64,000 nt of DNA from contig CANMXJ010000009.1 in NCBI GenBank assembly GCA_947501805.1, positions 8,330-72,329 of the forward strand, given 5' to 3'. Positions within the stretch are counted from its first letter, which is position 1. The number at the start of each line of letters is the position of its first letter. The position numbers were made by a program, and so were the translations under genes. Below the pieces are notes generated by a model. It saw only the letters and a list, made by a program, of their open reading frames with translations. It made no database searches and was not told where the DNA came from. Below are positions 60,524 through 64,000 of the stretch, one piece after another. Source of the stretch: an uncultured Sulfitobacter sp. Lineage in GTDB: Bacteria; Pseudomonadota; Alphaproteobacteria; Rhodobacterales; Rhodobacteraceae.

Positions 60524-61308
60524 AACCAACACGCTCACACGGCCGCCAATCCGTCAGCCCCTCGCTGAAACCACGTGAATTAATGCAAGCACAACCGGAT
60601 TACAGCGATGTCTGGCAAGCCCGTATCGTAACCCTTTTTCCTGATCTGTTCCCGGGTATTTTGGGTGCCAGCCTGACGGGCAAGGCACTGCAGGAGGGTA
60701 AATGGCAACTGCACACCCATGATCTGCGCAGCTTTGGCATCGGCAAACACCGCAATGTGGATGACACTCCCGCAGGGGGCGGGGCCGGTATGGTCATGCG
60801 GGCTGATGTGGTTGGTCCCGCGATTGAGGCGGCTCAGGGGCATGCGCATGGACGCTGGCCGATCCTTTACATGTCACCACGGGGTCAACGTTTTGATCAG
60901 GCGATGGCGGCCGATTTGGCAACTTGCGCTGGCGTGACCATGCTGTGTGGGCGCTTTGAGGGTGTCGATGAACGAGTGATTGAGCACTACGACATCACCG
61001 AAGTTTCGCTGGGCGATTTTGTAATGACTGGTGGTGAACTGGCTGCGCAAGCGATGATTGATGCCACCGTCCGTCTTTTGCCCGGCGTGCTGGGAAATGC
61101 AGACAGCACAGTTGAGGAAAGCCACTCAAACGGGTTGCTGGAACATCCGCAATACACCCGTCCGGCAACGTGGGAAGGGCGCGATATTCCCCCTGTTCTA
61201 ATGTCCGGCAATCACGGCGAAATCGCCAAATGGCGGGCAGCGCAATCGCGCGAATTAACCCGCGTGCGGCGGCCCGATCTACTGAAAAAAAGGGACGGCG
61301 AAGAATAA
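60520..61308 (+). CDS. trmD: tRNA (guanine37-N1)-methyltransferase
   Basis: TLFP, VDDTPAGGGAGMVM, CGRFEGVDER, SLGDFVMTGGE, LEHPQYTRP. Confidence 0.97.
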   Translation: MKPTRSHGRQSVSPSLKPRELMQAQPDYSDVWQARIVTLFPDLFPGILGASLTGKALQEGKWQLHTHDLRSFGIGKHRNVDDTPAGGGAGMVMRADVVGPAIEAAQGHAHGRWPILYMSPRGQRFDQAMAADLATCAGVTMLCGRFEGVDERVIEHYDITEVSLGDFVMTGGELAAQAMIDATVRLLPGVLGNADSTVEESHSNGLLEHPQYTRPATWEGRDIPPVLMSGNHGEIAKWRAAQSRELTRVRRPDLLKKRDGEE

Positions 61309-61333
61309 TCGCCATCCCGTTCGCTGCTTATGA

Positions 61334-61579
61334 TTAAGCGGCTGCTTTCTTAACGTACGCGTAGATTTCATCCTTCAACGCCATACGCTCCTTGCGCATT
61401 TCGACCATGTGTTCGTCGCTGGTCGGCTCGACGTTTGTTTCGGCACGATGCAGCGCACGGTTGACGGTATGGTAATCCTCAGAGAGCTTTGCGAAATGAT
61501 TATCGGACTGGCGCAGCGCCGCCATTTGCTCAACCAGTTCCGGAAACTCTTCGGTCAATTCGTGTGGGGTATGTGACAT
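61334..61579 (-). CDS. YdcH/DUF465 family protein
   Basis: HELTEEFPE...HFAKLSEDYH...RKERMALKDEI; AAGGAG RBS. Confidence 0.88.
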   Translation of the reverse strand: MSHTPHELTEEFPELVEQMAALRQSDNHFAKLSEDYHTVNRALHRAETNVEPTSDEHMVEMRKERMALKDEIYAYVKKAAA

Positions 61580-61611
61580 TGGGTCGTTCTCCTTTTGGGT
61601 GTAAGTCGGAT

Positions 61612-62496
61612 CTAGCGGCTTTGCGGATGCAAAGAGGACGCCAGAATGTGATCGCTGTTGTTCAGCACGGCCTCTGCCTGATGAAAAATCTTCGGGTCAG
61701 GCGGGGTTGCAACAGAGGTGTCCTTGTCCGGGTAATCCAGCTGCGCCAGAAAGTGCCGCATGCAAGTCAGGCGCGCGCGCTTTTTGTCGTTTGAACGGAT
61801 CACTGTCCAAGGTGCATCCGCGGTATCAGTATAAAAGAACATCGCTTCTTTTGCTTCGGTGTAATCGTCCCATTTATCTAGGCTAGCACGGTCAATCGGG
61901 GATAGTTTCCAGCGCTTCAAAGGGTCTGTTTCACGCGAAGCAAACCGCGCCTTTTGCTCTTCTTGGGTAACCGAGAACCAGTACTTGAACAGCTTGATGC
62001 CAGAACGTGTCAGCATCCGCTCGAATTCCGGCGTCTGACGCATAAATTCGAGGTATTCATTGGGCGCGCAGAAATCCATCACACGTTCGACACCGGCGCG
62101 GTTGTACCACGAGCGGTCATATAGGACCATTTCACCTGCTGTTGGCAGATGTTTGATGTACCGTTGGAAATACCACTGACCGCGCTCTTCATCGGTGGGT
62201 TTGTTCAACGCAACAACACGCGCGGCCCGTGGATTAAGGTGTTCCGTAAATCGCTTGATCGTCCCACCCTTGCCCGCAGCATCACGCCCTTCGAAAAGCA
62301 ATACAAACTTTTGTCCCGTTTCCTGAACCCAATGTTGGACTTTCAACAGCTCGACCTGCAGCGCGGATTTCTCGGCCTCATAGGTCTTGCGTGCCAGTTT
62401 CTTGGGATAGGGATACTCGCCTTGCTCAAAGCCAAGAATGGTATCTGCTGCACTGCTTGCCACCTGTTGTTTGGTGTTATTGGCTTTTGTCGGCAT
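61612..62496 (-). CDS. ppk2: Polyphosphate kinase 2
   Basis: FEGRDAAGKGG, DRSWYNRAGVE, WKLSPID. Confidence 0.96.
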   Translation of the reverse strand: MPTKANNTKQQVASSAADTILGFEQGEYPYPKKLARKTYEAEKSALQVELLKVQHWVQETGQKFVLLFEGRDAAGKGGTIKRFTEHLNPRAARVVALNKPTDEERGQWYFQRYIKHLPTAGEMVLYDRSWYNRAGVERVMDFCAPNEYLEFMRQTPEFERMLTRSGIKLFKYWFSVTQEEQKARFASRETDPLKRWKLSPIDRASLDKWDDYTEAKEAMFFYTDTADAPWTVIRSNDKKRARLTCMRHFLAQLDYPDKDTSVATPPDPKIFHQAEAVLNNSDHILASSLHPQSR

Positions 62497-62607
62497 ATGG
62501 GTCCCCTTGCTTTTGATTTCCGGTAGCGATCAGAGCATAGGGAATGAGACCAGCGGGGGCTTTGACGTGGATCAATGGAATGCCATATTCCGGCGTGAAT
62601 TGGCCAC

Positions 62608-62636
62608 TTGATCCAGCCGTCTCCCCCCCCTATACC
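62608..62636 (+). promoter_or_regulatory. Putative sigma70 promoter of rplS-rpmE
   Basis: TTGATC-N17-TATACC, implying a ~170-nt 5' leader. Confidence 0.5.
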
Positions 62637-62816
62637 CCGCCTATCCGGAATCACTTGTGTGGCTCCGGTGCTTTGCGTTTTTTTTGCAAAGCGGATAAGG
62701 AATGACGATGCTACCTCCGGTGGGCTGCCATGTGCAGACCCGACAGACAGACCGAAGCTCTTGGATCGCGCAATAACTTCGTGGAAATACCACGAGCATC
62801 ATAGGAGAAGCATCAG

Positions 62817-63191
62817 ATGAACCTGATTGCAGAGATTGAGGCGGAACAGATCGCCGAACTCGCCAAGGAAATCCCTGATTTCCGCGCCGGTGACACCATC
62901 CGCGTCGGCTTTAAAGTGACCGAAGGTACACGTACCCGCGTCCAGAACTACGAAGGCGTTTGCATCGCGCGTAACAACGGCCACGGCATTGCCGGTTCGT
63001 TCACTGTGCGCAAGATCAGCTTTGGCGAAGGTGTTGAGCGCGTATTCCCGCTGCACTCCACCAACATCGAAAGCATCACCGTGGTTCGCCGCGGCCGTGT
63101 GCGTCGTGCCAAGCTGTACTATCTGCGTTCGCGTCGTGGTAAATCCGCGCGTATCGTCGAGAATTCCAACTACAAGCCGAAAAAAGCGTAA
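62817..63191 (+). CDS. rplS: 50S ribosomal protein L19
   Basis: [31 protein letters not shown]. Confidence 0.98.
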   Translation: MNLIAEIEAEQIAELAKEIPDFRAGDTIRVGFKVTEGTRTRVQNYEGVCIARNNGHGIAGSFTVRKISFGEGVERVFPLHSTNIESITVVRRGRVRRAKLYYLRSRRGKSARIVENSNYKPKKA

Positions 63192-63202
63192 GGGGCGGAT
63201 AG

Positions 63203-63424
63203 ATGAAAGCCGATACACATCCCGAATATCACACGATCAACGTCAAAATGACCGACGGTTCTATCGTGGAAATGAAATCAACCTGGGGCAAAGAGGGCGA
63301 CCAGCTTTCTTTGGACATCGATCCTTCCGTGCACCCTGCATGGAACGGCGGCACAAGCCGTTTGATGGATACCGGTGGCCGCGTGTCCAAGTTCAAGAAC
63401 AAGTACGCTGGTCTGTCGCTGTAA
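63203..63424 (+). CDS. rpmE: 50S ribosomal protein L31 (Cys-free form)
   Basis: [27 protein letters not shown]. Confidence 0.97.
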   Translation: MKADTHPEYHTINVKMTDGSIVEMKSTWGKEGDQLSLDIDPSVHPAWNGGTSRLMDTGGRVSKFKNKYAGLSL

Positions 63425-63447
63425 GCGTTTCAGAACTGACGGAATTT

Positions 63448-63480
63448 AAAGGCGCTGCTGTAATGGCTGCGCCTTTTTTT
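63448..63480 (+). terminator. Intrinsic terminator after rpmE
   Basis: AAAGGCGC...GCGCCTTTTTTT. Confidence 0.8.
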
Positions 63481-63593
63481 CAACCTGAAGGTCAGGCCCC
63501 ATGTGTTTCTCGACGAAACGGTGCCTCGATCGTCTTACCGGGGTGGATCAATACAGCAGTCCAGATCCAGCGCACCGCTAGATAGAAGCATCA

Positions 63594-63998
63594 TCAAAAG
63601 CCAAGTTTCTTCAGTTCACGCAGGATCGTATCTACTTTATCCACATCCTTTTGATCGAAGTTCTTTTTCGATCTTGCCATGTTGTCCTTGTAATCTTTTT
63701 CGGCCTGCTGATACCTATCCCTAATTTTCTTAAGCGCAGCTTCGTCTTTTTTGTTTTTGGTTAGAAATGCCCGCGTGTCCTTTGCAAGCTTTTCTAGGTC
63801 TTCGCCGATTTTGCCAACCTTCGCATCCTCGCCACTGTCCTTTGACAAGGATTTCTCGGCATCTTCGCAAAACTTCAGGGCTTTGCGCAGCGCCGCCGAG
63901 GCTAGACCGATGTTATCATTTGCCTTCCCCTGAGATTTTCCTGCGCCCTGCGCGAATGACTTCAGGTCTTTTGCTCTTTTTTCGGCATCAAGAAGCAT
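63594..63998 (-). CDS. Lys/Asp/Glu-rich helical hypothetical protein, probably 5' truncated by window edge
   Basis: Open to the window end; visibly AT-richer than neighbours; no motif recognised. Confidence 0.6.
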   Translation of the reverse strand: MLLDAEKRAKDLKSFAQGAGKSQGKANDNIGLASAALRKALKFCEDAEKSLSKDSGEDAKVGKIGEDLEKLAKDTRAFLTKNKKDEAALKKIRDRYQQAEKDYKDNMARSKKNFDQKDVDKVDTILRELKKLGF

Positions 63999-64000
63999 GT

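Noticed and set aside
63637-63645. Second exact TTATCCACA DnaA box
   Set aside because: Inside a coding sequence, isolated, and 17 kb from the other box; no box cluster to suggest oriC
1-64000. tRNA, rRNA, CRISPR, integrase/transposase, prophage or defence genes
   Set aside because: No cloverleaf, repeat-spacer array or relevant protein motifs seen by eye; tRNAscan-SE, Infernal and DefenseFinder would be needed to exclude them formally

Overview
Core chromosomal segment of a Rhodobacteraceae/Roseobacter-group alphaproteobacterium, inferred from gene order and protein families. It carries: SDR-HIG1-pduO-etfBA-hbd; the PTS-like ptsH-manX-rapZ-hprK-chvG-chvI/pckA cluster; mcd of the ethylmalonyl-CoA pathway; rpoZ-spoT-pdxJ-acpS-lepB-rnc-era-recO; folK/NYN/ispH/rnhA; three tandem def paralogues plus fmt; cobD-cbiB; smc; the F0 atpIBEXF operon; and ffh-rpsP-rimM-trmD/rplS-rpmE. 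I saw no rRNA, tRNA, CRISPR array, integrase or transposase. Best leads: (1) an uncharacterised three-gene cassette at 13399-15651 (acyltransferase-like orphan, LysR-type HTH fused to a non-LysR PAS-like domain, PraR-like XRE regulator), a candidate non-LuxI/LuxR signalling module; (2) a peptide deformylase pseudo-enzyme that has lost its metal Cys and catalytic Glu; (3) an Osp-like atypical receiver protein behind a perfect CtrA box; (4) two small proteins missed by the ORF track (22 aa and 49 aa); (5) a ~107-bp palindromic MITE-like element and a GTAG-type REP, each supplying a host stop codon; (6) a lone VPLPA-CTERM surface protein. No database searches were run: family calls come from recognising motifs by eye, and start codons were adjusted by hand where the ORF track over-extends.
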